Positions 10,277-20,705 of a stretch of DNA of 64,000 nucleotides are shown piece after piece (the stretch's first letter is position 1; every line of letters begins with the position of its first letter). The position numbers and the translations under genes were made by a program. The stretch lies in sequence record SRR20825010_2939; one strand, written 5' to 3'. A model generated the notes under the pieces. The model was not told the origin of the DNA and did not search any database. It was given only the letters and a program-made list of their open reading frames with translations.

Positions 10277-12910
10277 ATGTCAGCAGCCCAGACCGATCTG
10301 TCCCACCACACCCCGATGATGAGGCAATACCTCAAGATCAAGGGTGAACACCCCAATGAACTGGTGTTCTACCGCATGGGGGACTTTTACGAGCTGTTCT
10401 ACGAGGATGCCAAGAAAGCCGCCGAGCTGATGGATATCACCCTGACGGCCCGGGGGCAGTCGGGGGGCAGCCCGATTCCCATGGCGGGCATTCCTTACCA
10501 TTCCGCTGAAGGCTACATTGCACGTCTGGTTCGTGCTGGTCAATCCATCGCCATTTGCGAACAGATTGGCGACCCGGCGACCAGCAAGGGGCCGGTAGAG
10601 CGCAAGGTGGTTCGCATTGTGACGCCGGGCACGCTGAGCGACGATGCGTTCCTGGAGGACCGCCGGGATAACCTCCTGGTCGCCATCTACAGCCACCGGG
10701 AGCAGTTTGGTTTTGCCTCCCTCGACATCTCCAGCGGCCGGTTTACCGTGTCTGAACTGGACGATCTCGAGGGCCTGCAAGGGGAGCTCCAGCGCCTGCG
10801 CCCAGCGGAGATCCTGATCAGTGAGGACTTTCCTTATCAGGACGTACTGGACGGCTATACCGGTATCCGCCGCCAGGGCCCATGGCTGTTTGAGTCCGAC
10901 ACCGCCCGCCGGGTGATTACCCAGCAGCTGCAGGTCCGTGATCTGACCGGCTTTGGCTGCGAAGACCTCACGCTGGCCATCTGCGCCGCCGGATGCCTGC
11001 TGCAGTACGCCAAAGAAACCCAGCGCACCGCCCTGCCCCACATTCGCAAACTCAGCCGTGAACGGCGCGAGGAAGCGGTGATCCTGGACGCCACCAGCCG
11101 CCGCAACCTGGAAATTGACACCAACCTGATGGGCGGCACCCAGCACACCCTGGCCTGGGTGATGGACCGGACTGCGACCGCCATGGGTGGGCGTCAACTC
11201 CGGCGCTGGCTTAACAGGCCCTTACGGGACATTACCGTGGTGGAACAACGCCAGCAGGCGGTTTCAGCACTTCTGGACGGCTTTCACTATGAGCCGGTTC
11301 ATGACCTGTTGAAAAGCATCGGTGATATCGAGCGGATTCTGGCCCGTGTGGCGCTGCGTTCAGCGCGCCCAAGGGATCTGGCACGGCTGCGGGATGCCTT
11401 TCAGGCACTGCCTGAGCTGCAAAAATCGCTGACCTCGGTCGAATCCCACCACATCGTCAGGCTGGCCACGACCATCAGTGAATATCCGGAACTGGCGAAC
11501 ATGCTGGAACGGGCCATTATCGACAACCCGCCGGTGGTCATCCGGGATGGCGGCGTTATCCGCGAAGGTTTTGACGAAGAGCTCGACGAGCTGCGTAACA
11601 TCAGCGAGAACGCAGGCCAGTTCCTGCTGGACGTTGAGACTCGTGAGCGCGAGCGTACCGGGATCAGCACGCTGAAAGTGGGTTATAACCGGGTACACGG
11701 CTACTACATTGAAATCACCCGCGCCCAGTCCGGGCAGGCGCCAGTGGACTACATCCGCCGTCAGACCCTGAAAAACGCCGAACGCTTTATCACCCCGGAA
11801 CTGAAAGAATTCGAAGACAAGGCCCTGAGCGCCAAGAGCCGCTCGCTGGCACGGGAGAAAGCCCTGTACGACGAGGTACTGGAAACCGTAGCCGCAGAAC
11901 TGGCACCCCTGCAGGACGCTGCCCAGGCCCTGGCGGAGCTGGATGTGCTCAGCAACTTTGCCGAGCGGGCCACCAGCCTGCGCTTCAATGCCCCGGAATT
12001 CAGTGACACGCCCGGCTTCGATATCGAAGAAGGCCGCCACCCGGTGGTGGAACAGCTGTTGAGCGATCCCTACGTGCCCAATGATCTGCTGATGGACCAG
12101 CAACGGCGCATGCTGGTGATCACCGGCCCCAACATGGGCGGTAAGTCCACCTACATGCGCCAGGCAGCACTGATTGCCCTGCTGGCTTACACCGGCAGCT
12201 ATGTGCCCGCCAACCGCGTGGTCATCGGGCCACTGGATCGTATTTTCACCCGCATGGGGTCGTCAGACGACATCGCCGGCGGCCGCTCAACCTTTATGGT
12301 GGAAATGACTGAGACCGCCAATATCCTTCACAACGCCACGGAATACAGCCTGGTGCTGATGGACGAGGTGGGGCGCGGCACCAGCACCTTCGACGGCCTG
12401 TCCCTGGCGTGGGCGACAGCGGAACACCTGGCCAAACACATTCGCTGCTACACCCTGTTTGCCACTCACTATTTCGAGCTCACGCAACTGGCCGACGATC
12501 TTGAGCACGCCGTTAATGTTCACCTGACTGCCACCGAGCACGACGACACCATCGTGTTCCTGCACAACGTTCATGACGGCCCGGCGAGCCAGAGCTATGG
12601 TTTGCAGGTGGCGAAGCTGGCTGGCGTGCCCCAGGACGTGATTCGCAATGCCAAGGAGCAGTTGTCCCATCTTGAAGGCGGTGCGGCACCAGCCAGGCCG
12701 GCAGCCGATCATGCCGCCGTGGCGCCGGCTGAACCTGAAAAACAGCCACGCACCGCCCGCGTTAGCGAGCCGGTTATGCAGGCAGACATGTTCGCCAGCC
12801 TGGAGCCCAGCAAAGTGGAAGAATGCCTGGCCGACCTGGACGTGGACGGACTGACTCCGCGGGATGCCCTTAACCGACTGTACGAATTGAAAGAACTGCT
12901 GGGGAAATAG
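10277..12910 (+). CDS. mutS: DNA mismatch repair protein MutS
   Basis: [50 protein letters not shown]. Start moved to ATG 10277. Confidence 0.99.
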   Translation: MSAAQTDLSHHTPMMRQYLKIKGEHPNELVFYRMGDFYELFYEDAKKAAELMDITLTARGQSGGSPIPMAGIPYHSAEGYIARLVRAGQSIAICEQIGDPATSKGPVERKVVRIVTPGTLSDDAFLEDRRDNLLVAIYSHREQFGFASLDISSGRFTVSELDDLEGLQGELQRLRPAEILISEDFPYQDVLDGYTGIRRQGPWLFESDTARRVITQQLQVRDLTGFGCEDLTLAICAAGCLLQYAKETQRTALPHIRKLSRERREEAVILDATSRRNLEIDTNLMGGTQHTLAWVMDRTATAMGGRQLRRWLNRPLRDITVVEQRQQAVSALLDGFHYEPVHDLLKSIGDIERILARVALRSARPRDLARLRDAFQALPELQKSLTSVESHHIVRLATTISEYPELANMLERAIIDNPPVVIRDGGVIREGFDEELDELRNISENAGQFLLDVETRERERTGISTLKVGYNRVHGYYIEITRAQSGQAPVDYIRRQTLKNAERFITPELKEFEDKALSAKSRSLAREKALYDEVLETVAAELAPLQDAAQALAELDVLSNFAERATSLRFNAPEFSDTPGFDIEEGRHPVVEQLLSDPYVPNDLLMDQQRRMLVITGPNMGGKSTYMRQAALIALLAYTGSYVPANRVVIGPLDRIFTRMGSSDDIAGGRSTFMVEMTETANILHNATEYSLVLMDEVGRGTSTFDGLSLAWATAEHLAKHIRCYTLFATHYFELTQLADDLEHAVNVHLTATEHDDTIVFLHNVHDGPASQSYGLQVAKLAGVPQDVIRNAKEQLSHLEGGAAPARPAADHAAVAPAEPEKQPRTARVSEPVMQADMFASLEPSKVEECLADLDVDGLTPRDALNRLYELKELLGK

Positions 12911-13047
12911 CGGAACTCAGCGGCAGAATTGATCTGTGTAATAACGATAGTGCGCCTCAGCGCTTGCGACAGGGCAGGCCGCTCAATACAATATCGCGCA
13001 ATTATTATTACACTGATGAGATTGACTACTGGACCAGGAAACTGACT

Positions 13048-13371
13048 ATGACGTTTGTCGTTACTGATAACTGCATCAAGTGCAAATACACGGACTGCGT
13101 GGAAGTATGCCCGGTTGACTGCTTCTACGAAGGCCCGAACTTTCTGGTAATCGATCCGGACGAATGCATCGATTGCGCCCTGTGTGAGCCGGAGTGCCCC
13201 GCTGAGGCCATTTTCTCGGAAGACGAGCTGCCGGCGGATCAGGTCCAGTTTGTGGAGCTCAACGCCGACCTGGCAGGCAAGTGGCCCAACATCACCGAAA
13301 AGAAAGACCCGCTGCCAGAAGCCGAAGAGTGGGACGGCAAGCCGGACAAGCTGCAGTACCTCGAAAAGTAA
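13048..13371 (+). CDS. fdxA: 7Fe ferredoxin I (FdxA)
   Basis: [29 protein letters not shown]...[12 protein letters not shown], 107 aa. Conserved mutS-fdxA synteny. Confidence 0.96.
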   Translation: MTFVVTDNCIKCKYTDCVEVCPVDCFYEGPNFLVIDPDECIDCALCEPECPAEAIFSEDELPADQVQFVELNADLAGKWPNITEKKDPLPEAEEWDGKPDKLQYLEK

Positions 13372-13396
13372 TAGCTGCGTTCAGCGTATTACCATC

Positions 13397-13424
13397 AAAA
13401 AGGGGAGCCTCGGCTCCCCTTTTT
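13397..13424. terminator. Bidirectional intrinsic terminator
   Basis: AAAAA-GGGGAGCC-TC-GGCTCCCC-TTTTT between the convergent fdxA and LysE genes. Confidence 0.9.
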
Positions 13425-13438
13425 CATACATCACCACT

Positions 13439-14104
13439 TCACTGCGTCGCCAGTTTTGCCCCGATAGCGACGAAGAAGCCACCAGTCAGCGCGTTCAGCA
13501 TGCGCTTTACGCCCTGCCCCACGCCAAGCCTTCTTGATTTGACCACCACCAACGCCAGCCCACATTGCCAGGCCATCGCCAGCACAAAGTGAACCGCCGC
13601 AAGGAACAGCGATTGCTGGAATGCATTCCCGGCGGGATCGATAAACTGAGGAAGCAACGCCATATAGAACAGCGCCGTTTTCGGATTCAGCACGTTCGAC
13701 AGCAGGCCTTCGCGAAACGCCACCCAGATTGATACCGGTTTCATCAATGGCGGTTCGGCGCTCGATATCGAGGATTCATCGGCGTTTGCGGGGCCCCGGG
13801 CCATGGCCTGACGCAACGAACTCAGCCCCAGCCAGATCAGGTAGCAGGCACCTGCCCATTTGACCGCGGTAAACGCCCAGGCCGTCTCTACCAGCAGCAC
13901 CGAAATACCCAGAGCGGACAGGGTCGCGTGAATAAACAACCCACAGCAGATGCCCACGCTGGTGACACAGCCATCCCGCAAACCATGTTTCAATCCACCG
14001 CGCCCGGCGTTCCGCATCACCAGCAGGGTGTCCACCCCTGGCGTGACAGTCAGTAGCGAGATGGCCACCAGATAGGCCCAGAACAGCTCCGTTGGTACCA
14101 GCAT
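13439..14104 (-). CDS. LysE/RhtB-family translocator
   Basis: LTVTPGVDTLLV, KWAGACYLIWLG, GLLSNVLNPKTALFY. Start set at ATG 14104. Confidence 0.9.
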   Translation of the reverse strand: MLVPTELFWAYLVAISLLTVTPGVDTLLVMRNAGRGGLKHGLRDGCVTSVGICCGLFIHATLSALGISVLLVETAWAFTAVKWAGACYLIWLGLSSLRQAMARGPANADESSISSAEPPLMKPVSIWVAFREGLLSNVLNPKTALFYMALLPQFIDPAGNAFQQSLFLAAVHFVLAMAWQCGLALVVVKSRRLGVGQGVKRMLNALTGGFFVAIGAKLATQ

Positions 14105-14135
14105 TGCCAAACATCCCACGCGAACGCAGGAGTGC

Positions 14136-15170
14136 TCAGCTCTCCTGCTGCAGAAGTTTTTTCGCCGCGGCCGACTTATAGAATGGCGCAAGACGACGAC
14201 GGATCAGGGCCTCAAGATACCCCTCCTCCCGCAGCACGTCTATCACAGGAAGTGCGTAGGCATCCACCTCCGCCATGACCACATCGCGATCGACCCCAAC
14301 GGCAGCTAACAGCTCAATTACCGGCTTGTCGCCATACAGGGTGAACAGGTGCTCCACCACGGCCCTGGCACACCCCTCAAAATAGGCCGTCTGTCGGAAC
14401 TGCAGCCAGAACTCATACCCCAGAACCACAAACTCCTGAAGTTGTATGTCACCCAGCCCCTCGTGCAACTCTTCGATGGTTCGGTCTTCCAGTGACACCC
14501 ATACGGCCATCACACTGTCGCGCAGCTCCTCGTCGCTCAGCGCCTTGTTCAGGAACTGTTCACTCCGGCTGATCAACCCCGGCAGGCTGTCGGACAACCA
14601 GGCCTTAAAACGGCGCTCAAAGGTCTCGTCCAGGCCCGGAACCGCCCTGTTGGCCATGCGCTTGCCAAACTTCATCATCGAGCCGACACCGGGAACACTC
14701 TTGGTAATCAGGTTGTCCTCGTAGAGGTAGTTCACCACGCCCTGATACACCACGTTGGAAACCAGCTCCTGATAGACCGGGTGAGCCATGATCTCGCTGA
14801 TCACCCGCTCACGCTGCTGACGTAGTTCAAGGGCCTCTTCGACGAACCCGGTGGCCTGCTCTCGGGTGATAATATCCCGTAACCGGGACGTGCGCTGGAC
14901 CGGCGCGTTCAATACCTCCGTGGCCATTTCGGCCGCCAGTTCCGGGATACCGGCATCCAGTTCCATGTTGATCACAATGCGCTGGATCACGCCCATAACC
15001 TGTTCCGCCGAGGTCAGCCGGTTCAGGGTGATGGCCCCGGCGTAGTCAAACAGTTCATCCACTTCGGTTTCGAGAAAACGCCGCAACTTGGCCCCTTTCA
15101 GGGAAGCCAGTTCGTGTTTTACGTGTTGCTCGAGCAACGCATTGGCGAGATCCGTTTTACCTTTGGTCAT
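14136..15170 (-). CDS. Hypothetical alpha-helical protein (~344 aa)
   Basis: Long ORF with host-like codon usage. No motif recognised. Confidence 0.75.
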   Translation of the reverse strand: MTKGKTDLANALLEQHVKHELASLKGAKLRRFLETEVDELFDYAGAITLNRLTSAEQVMGVIQRIVINMELDAGIPELAAEMATEVLNAPVQRTSRLRDIITREQATGFVEEALELRQQRERVISEIMAHPVYQELVSNVVYQGVVNYLYEDNLITKSVPGVGSMMKFGKRMANRAVPGLDETFERRFKAWLSDSLPGLISRSEQFLNKALSDEELRDSVMAVWVSLEDRTIEELHEGLGDIQLQEFVVLGYEFWLQFRQTAYFEGCARAVVEHLFTLYGDKPVIELLAAVGVDRDVVMAEVDAYALPVIDVLREEGYLEALIRRRLAPFYKSAAAKKLLQQES

Positions 15171-15327
15171 AATCGGGGTCCGGTGCTGTCTGGAAGTGGG
15201 CTTCTGAATTGAGAACGACATGAGGCTAACACGAAGCCCGACCGGCTGCGTTTGCCGAAGATACAGCCTTTGGTGTGCGAGTGGGCCAAGAATCGCGAGG
15301 CGCTACCGGGATGCCCGCTAGCCCCGG

Positions 15328-16278
15328 CTACTGGAAATCGCTGAATTCGTGGGGTTCTGCGGCAAGCGCCAGGCACAGGCTGCCGGGGCCGATGTAGATG
15401 CTGCTGGTAATGCCCATCTGGGAGAGCAACAGCTCAACACCGTTTTTCTCACAGGCGTCACGCAGGCGATTCAATCCTGGAAGGTCCTCGATTTCAGTCC
15501 AAGTCAGGCCGCAGGAAAGGCTGACATAGGGCGTCAACAGTCCTGCCTCGACCCTCGCGGTGGCATAGTTCATCACTTTTTCCACTGCCACGTCGAAACT
15601 CCGGGTTTTGGCGACAGGTTGTCCTTCAGCGCCCTGACCAAAAATAACCGGGGTAATGTTCAGTGCCTTGCCGAGAAACGCCACCAGTGCCGACACGCTC
15701 TTGTCTCCACGCCGACGGGCCCGTTCGCGGATATAGTGCAAATCCCGGGGAATCACGCAGGTGTAGATTCTGTCGGTGAACGTGTCGACTTCATTGCGTA
15801 AGGCGTTTTTCGAAAGCTTCTGCTCAATCAGGCGAAGGGTGTGAGCCGCCAGCAGCCCCTGGCCGGCAAAGATCTGTTTGCTGTCGATCACCCGCATGGA
15901 GAATTTGCCCTCCCGCCCGGCGGCGTGGCGGGCCTCATGATAGTGCCCCATCACACTGTTCATGGCTTCCGTGGCATTCTGGAAAATCAGGCTGCGAGAC
16001 CGGGTGACCGTTTCGCAGATGGCAACGTCAAATTCCGTGACAATTTTTTCCATGAACAGGTCGTGGATCTGTTCGGCGGAGAAGGCGTGCGTTTCGGCGT
16101 GGTGGCCCTTCTGTAACAGGCCGCTCTGGTAGAATTCCTGGGTCCTGACCGGGTCGTGCTCGTCGATGTAGGTCTGGCCATCAATAACGGCCGTGACCGG
16201 CAGAACAAACAGATCGTGCTTGCGACTGAACTCATAGGGCAGATCGCAGGCGGAATCAACGATAAGACCAACGCGCAT
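15328..16278 (-). CDS. DegV-family (fatty-acid-binding, FakB-like) protein
   Basis: N-terminal LIVDSACDLP, VIDSKQIFAGQG, LGKALNITPVI, C-terminal IGPGSL. Confidence 0.85.
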   Translation of the reverse strand: MRVGLIVDSACDLPYEFSRKHDLFVLPVTAVIDGQTYIDEHDPVRTQEFYQSGLLQKGHHAETHAFSAEQIHDLFMEKIVTEFDVAICETVTRSRSLIFQNATEAMNSVMGHYHEARHAAGREGKFSMRVIDSKQIFAGQGLLAAHTLRLIEQKLSKNALRNEVDTFTDRIYTCVIPRDLHYIRERARRRGDKSVSALVAFLGKALNITPVIFGQGAEGQPVAKTRSFDVAVEKVMNYATARVEAGLLTPYVSLSCGLTWTEIEDLPGLNRLRDACEKNGVELLLSQMGITSSIYIGPGSLCLALAAEPHEFSDFQ

Positions 16279-16384
16279 GGGGCCTCCAGCTATGGGAAGC
16301 TATTCCAGCCGGTTGCTTCCCTTTATTGTCATTGTTTTTGGCAGGCCCAGTCTTACACAAAGCGGTCAATATTTCAGCACCCTG

Positions 16385-17218
16385 CTAGCGAGCGGATGGC
16401 TTCAGTTCAAGTTCATTGAGGTTTTTCTCGATCAGTTCACGGTTATCCTGTTGCCACGGATGAAACCCCTTGCGGAAATAGGCCAGGAAGTCCGGCATGC
16501 ACTTGCGCAACACCCCCGGTTTACCCCATAGAAAGTTAATACCACCGATCCACGTGCCGAGGCTCCACAACTTGCCGTCGGTTTTCAACAGGCTGCAGGT
16601 GTTCAGGAAGGTGTACTTGAAGAAATTCCAGGTCACAAACAGGAATACAATCCGGCGAAGACGCTCATTGCCAACGCAGTGTCGATAGACGTCGAAAGCC
16701 ACCGATTTGTGCTCAGTTTCCTCGATGGCGTGCCAGCGCCACAGCTTTTCCATGTCCGGTGTGGCCCCTTCCATCCATTCCGGGTGACGGAGAATGGCAT
16801 TCGCCAGCACCGCGGTATAATGCTCGGCACCGCAGGTTCCGGCCAGTTGGCGACTGGGCGGCAGGTTGCCTACCCACGCCATATGCCTGCGGAATCGCTC
16901 ATCAATGGCATCGATGTTGTACCCACGAGCCTTCAACGCTTCGTTGTAGTGCTTGTGCTCCCGGCTATGCAGCGCCTCCTGGCCAATAAACCCGCGAATC
17001 TCTTCCTTAAGCTTGGGATCGTCCACCTTGTCCCGGTAGAGCCGAACCGCATTGATAAACTGCTGCTCGCCATCGGGGAACTGGAGCGAAAGCGCATTGA
17101 AGAACGCCGTGCGGAAGGTGTCATTGCCGTGCCACAGGGTTTTGAGGTCGTCGGCAATATCGAAGTGCATGTGTCGGGGTGCAACCGAAACGCCTTCGGG
17201 CGTGGAACTGATGGTCAT
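16385..17218 (-). CDS. Predicted metal-dependent hydrolase (ferritin-like, Metal_hydrol family)
   Basis: FPDGEQQF, FIGQEALHSREH, AEHYTA, WHAIEETEHKSVAFDVY, FHPW. RBS GGAGG supports ATG 17218; 17254 is an alternative. Confidence 0.88.
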   Translation of the reverse strand: MTISSTPEGVSVAPRHMHFDIADDLKTLWHGNDTFRTAFFNALSLQFPDGEQQFINAVRLYRDKVDDPKLKEEIRGFIGQEALHSREHKHYNEALKARGYNIDAIDERFRRHMAWVGNLPPSRQLAGTCGAEHYTAVLANAILRHPEWMEGATPDMEKLWRWHAIEETEHKSVAFDVYRHCVGNERLRRIVFLFVTWNFFKYTFLNTCSLLKTDGKLWSLGTWIGGINFLWGKPGVLRKCMPDFLAYFRKGFHPWQQDNRELIEKNLNELELKPSAR

Positions 17219-17462
17219 GACTGCCTCCGGGTTATTGTGATTATGGAGCGGCATTCACCGTACAGCGGCAACGTCGCGTACGAAAATTGATCAGAGACTT
17301 CAGTTTAAACCCGAATTCAACACGGAAGGAAGGTGGCAACCCAAAAAATTGGACAAATTGTCACGAAATGACAGGTTGTCAAAAAAAGGAGGCATGGCTG
17401 AGCCAATGCCTCCAAGGACACATAAGGGTATAGTGCTTCGGAACAGCCAAGAGGCCGTCGGT

Positions 17463-18839
17463 TTAATGCTCTTCCGCGCCTTTAACGCCCGGCGCTTCTG
17501 GGTCGGATGTAAATCCGAGGAGTTTTGTTCGCTCAATCAGGAAATACAGAACCGCTCCGGTGGCCAGGCCCCAGCCCGCACCGTAAACCGCCAGAACCAC
17601 GCCCATGGTACCGGCGATACCGCGCTCGGTGTTGTTCTCCAGTTGTTCGAGGCCAACCATCAGGCAGATGTAACCAGTCAGTAGTAGGGTCAGGGACAAC
17701 GCAATCGGCAATACTGGCTGAAAAAAGCTTACCAACGGCAAAACAAATAACGCGATGAAGCCAGTGATCCAGAACGTACCGCCGCCGCTGTAGATAGAAT
17801 CCATCGCGTTGCGGCCGTATTTATAGCGCTCAGCCATGGTAGCGGTAACCGCAGTCCAGATAGGGCCGGCAAGACCAGGATAAGGCGCAAAGAATGCGTG
17901 ACCACCGTTACGAATGGCCGTTACCAGGTGGGCCCGGTCAATGCTGTTGTCGATGTCCTCATCCTTTCGCAGGTGGTCTACCCGATTCATCAATGACTGG
18001 CCAACCACGATATCGCCAAAGGCAATGACATAGGCAATCACCGCTGTCGGAATCGCATACATGAATACTTCGGCATCCGGAAACCCAACTGTAAACGGCA
18101 AGTAGTTCCAGAGCTCGTCGAATGCCGGCTTGGTGATTCCCCACTCCACATTTGGAACGGCATACTCACCGGTGGCAAAGCCCACCAAAATGGCAACAAC
18201 CATGCCCGGAACCATGCCGTAATTCGCGATTTTACGGGCAAGATGGCTGGTGTCGACGAAGCCTTTGAAGGACACCGAAAACATCAGGTACAGGCAGACC
18301 AAGCCACCCACTATCAGGGAGATAGGGGTTTCCGCAAGCCGTCCACCGGCTTCAATCTCTCCCATCAGCGCAGCAATACCGGCACCAATAATAATGCCGC
18401 CTTTCATGGAACGGGGAATCAGCTCCACCAGCTTGCTACCCAAGCGGGTAACCCCCAGCACCAGAAAAATAATGAACACCAGGAACTGCAGCGCAAACAA
18501 CGCTTGAATGGCTTCCGGACCCGGCTCGTAGTCACCCAGGAAGAGAAGCACTACAGGGATGCCCGGCGTGATCCAGCCCGGTATCAATGGAACACCGAGT
18601 AACGCTGGCAACATGAAACCGATGCCACAGATCACCACGTAGGCAAGCGCAACGTCGTAGGGCACACCGAGGTATTTCTCCAGAAGCGGAATCATCGCAA
18701 GGCTGACCACGAACATGATCAGCGCTTGCACCATTTCGGCAAACTCCCAGCGGTAGTGAACAAACGGCAGCCGAATCTTGAAGGGACCAGCCGGCCAATA
18801 TGGCTGCTCTTCCCCATTTTTACGGTGGTAAACTTGCAT
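17463..18839 (-). CDS. Multi-pass membrane permease (NCS2/SLC23-like, substrate unknown)
   Basis: 458 aa with about 12 hydrophobic segments and RBS AGGAG. Directly downstream of the acyl-CoA ligase. Confidence 0.75.
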   Translation of the reverse strand: MQVYHRKNGEEQPYWPAGPFKIRLPFVHYRWEFAEMVQALIMFVVSLAMIPLLEKYLGVPYDVALAYVVICGIGFMLPALLGVPLIPGWITPGIPVVLLFLGDYEPGPEAIQALFALQFLVFIIFLVLGVTRLGSKLVELIPRSMKGGIIIGAGIAALMGEIEAGGRLAETPISLIVGGLVCLYLMFSVSFKGFVDTSHLARKIANYGMVPGMVVAILVGFATGEYAVPNVEWGITKPAFDELWNYLPFTVGFPDAEVFMYAIPTAVIAYVIAFGDIVVGQSLMNRVDHLRKDEDIDNSIDRAHLVTAIRNGGHAFFAPYPGLAGPIWTAVTATMAERYKYGRNAMDSIYSGGGTFWITGFIALFVLPLVSFFQPVLPIALSLTLLLTGYICLMVGLEQLENNTERGIAGTMGVVLAVYGAGWGLATGAVLYFLIERTKLLGFTSDPEAPGVKGAEEH

Positions 18840-18931
18840 AAAAAGTCTCCTGGTGCGGAATCATCCGCACCTCATGTTGTTTTTGTGTTGCCGGTTTCCA
18901 GACCCGGTCGCCGGGCTATAACAGCACCAGA

Positions 18932-20560
18932 TCAATCCAGTTCTTTTGCCTGGTCTCGCAGCACGAATTTCTGGATCTTGCCGGTTGAGGTTTTTGGCAG
19001 GTCAGTAAATACGATCGTCTTGGGCACCTTGAAGCGAGCCAATCGTTCACGGCAGAAGTCGATCAGATCCTCCTCGCTCACTTCGCTGGCTTCCGGCTTC
19101 AGGGTGATAAACGCACAAGGAGTCTCGCCCCATTTGGCGTCTGGCCGCGCAACCACCGCTGCCTCCAATACCGACGGATGGCGATACAGAGTGTCTTCCA
19201 CCTCAATGGTGGAAATATTCTCGCCCCCCGAAATGATGATGTCCTTCAGACGATCCTTGATCTCCATATAACCGTCCTCGTGCCACACAGCCAGATCACC
19301 GGTGTGGAACCAACCGCCGCGAAAGGCTTCCTCAGTGGCCTTGGGGTTCTTCAGATAACCCTTCATTACGGTGTTACCGCGCAGGAAGATCTCGCCAATG
19401 GTTTTACCGTCTTTGGGTACCGGCTCCATGGTGCTGGGCTCACCTACCATCGTGCCTGCCAGCGTGTGATAACGAACGCCCTGACGTGCTTTGATCGTGG
19501 CTCGCTCATCCAGCGTTTTCTCATCCCACTCGGATTTCCACGCACACACTGTCACCGGGCCGTATACCTCGGTGAGACCATATACATGGGTAATCGCAAT
19601 CCCCATTTCCTCAATGGCACCGATAACTTGTGCAGGAGGGGCTGCACCGGCTGTCATCGCCTTCACCTCGTGATCAATCCCGGCTTTCGCAGACTCTGGC
19701 ACATTCAACAGAGCGTTGAGCACAATTGGCGCACCGCACATGTGAGTAACCTGATGATCGCGAATCAGCTGGAGGATTTTCTCCGGGTCCACCCGCCGTA
19801 GACACACATGGGTGCCTGCCATCGCTGTGACGGTCCAGGGGAAACACCAGCCGTTGCAGTGGAACATGGGAAGCGTCCACAGGTAGACGGGGTGCTGGCC
19901 CATTGACCACACGGCCTGATTGCCAAGGCTGTTCAGATAAGCGCCACGATGGTGGTAAACCACACCTTTCGGATTGCCGGTGGTGCCTGATGTATAGTTC
20001 AGTGAAATTGCATCCCATTCGTTTTCGGGCAGGTTCCACTGGAACTCCGGGTCGCCTTCCTGAAGGAACGCTTCGTAATCCAGATCGCTCACCTGGATAC
20101 CCTCACCGTATTCGGGATCGTCAATGTCAATGACCAATGGCTTTGAGTCCAGACGACTGATTGCATCGCGAACCACACTACCGAACTCCCGATCGGCCAC
20201 CACCACTTTGGCTTCAGCGTGCTCAAGCATAAAAGCAATGGCCTCAGCATCCAGTCGCACGTTAAGAGTGTTGAGCACAGCCCCAATCATCGGAACGCCA
20301 AAGTGACATTCCACCATCGCCGGAATATTGGGCAGTATCGCCGCCACCGTGTCGCCACGACCGATGCCCCTGCTGGAAAGCGCAGAGGCCAGTCGGCGAC
20401 ACCGTTCATAGGTCTGTCCCCAGGTATAGCGAATGGCTCCGTGTATGACTGCCGGATAGTCCGGGTAGACACTGGCGGTACGCTCAATAAAGTCGATGGG
20501 GGAAAGGACAGAGTGATTGGCGCTGACTGGCTCGAGGCCCTGATCAAAAATTGATGTCAT
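18932..20560 (-). CDS. Acyl-CoA synthetase (short/medium-chain, DmdB/AAE-like)
   Basis: YTSGTTGNPKG, LPMFHCNGW, YGLTE, FHTGD, DRLKDIIISGGENIS, PKTSTGKIQK. Confidence 0.93.
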   Translation of the reverse strand: MTSIFDQGLEPVSANHSVLSPIDFIERTASVYPDYPAVIHGAIRYTWGQTYERCRRLASALSSRGIGRGDTVAAILPNIPAMVECHFGVPMIGAVLNTLNVRLDAEAIAFMLEHAEAKVVVADREFGSVVRDAISRLDSKPLVIDIDDPEYGEGIQVSDLDYEAFLQEGDPEFQWNLPENEWDAISLNYTSGTTGNPKGVVYHHRGAYLNSLGNQAVWSMGQHPVYLWTLPMFHCNGWCFPWTVTAMAGTHVCLRRVDPEKILQLIRDHQVTHMCGAPIVLNALLNVPESAKAGIDHEVKAMTAGAAPPAQVIGAIEEMGIAITHVYGLTEVYGPVTVCAWKSEWDEKTLDERATIKARQGVRYHTLAGTMVGEPSTMEPVPKDGKTIGEIFLRGNTVMKGYLKNPKATEEAFRGGWFHTGDLAVWHEDGYMEIKDRLKDIIISGGENISTIEVEDTLYRHPSVLEAAVVARPDAKWGETPCAFITLKPEASEVSEEDLIDFCRERLARFKVPKTIVFTDLPKTSTGKIQKFVLRDQAKELD

Positions 20561-20705
20561 TGTATGGTCCTGTAAGCGTCATTATTCTTATGGTGCATTA
20601 AAGAAGTCTACCAAAAGGGCTACAATATCTGGTATAGAGATACTATTTTATAGCAACACTACTAGAAATTACACCAATGTATTATAGTGTATTTACTATA
20701 TTAAA

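Noticed and set aside
8999..12712. Long antisense ORFs over recA and mutS (and similar ones over ilvG, HD-GYP and PP2C)
   Set aside because: These are typical shadow ORFs from GC3-biased codon usage, with no motifs or RBS.
12929..12944. FNR/Anr box upstream of fdxA (TTGAT-CTGT-GTAAT)
   Set aside because: The right half matches ATCAA poorly.
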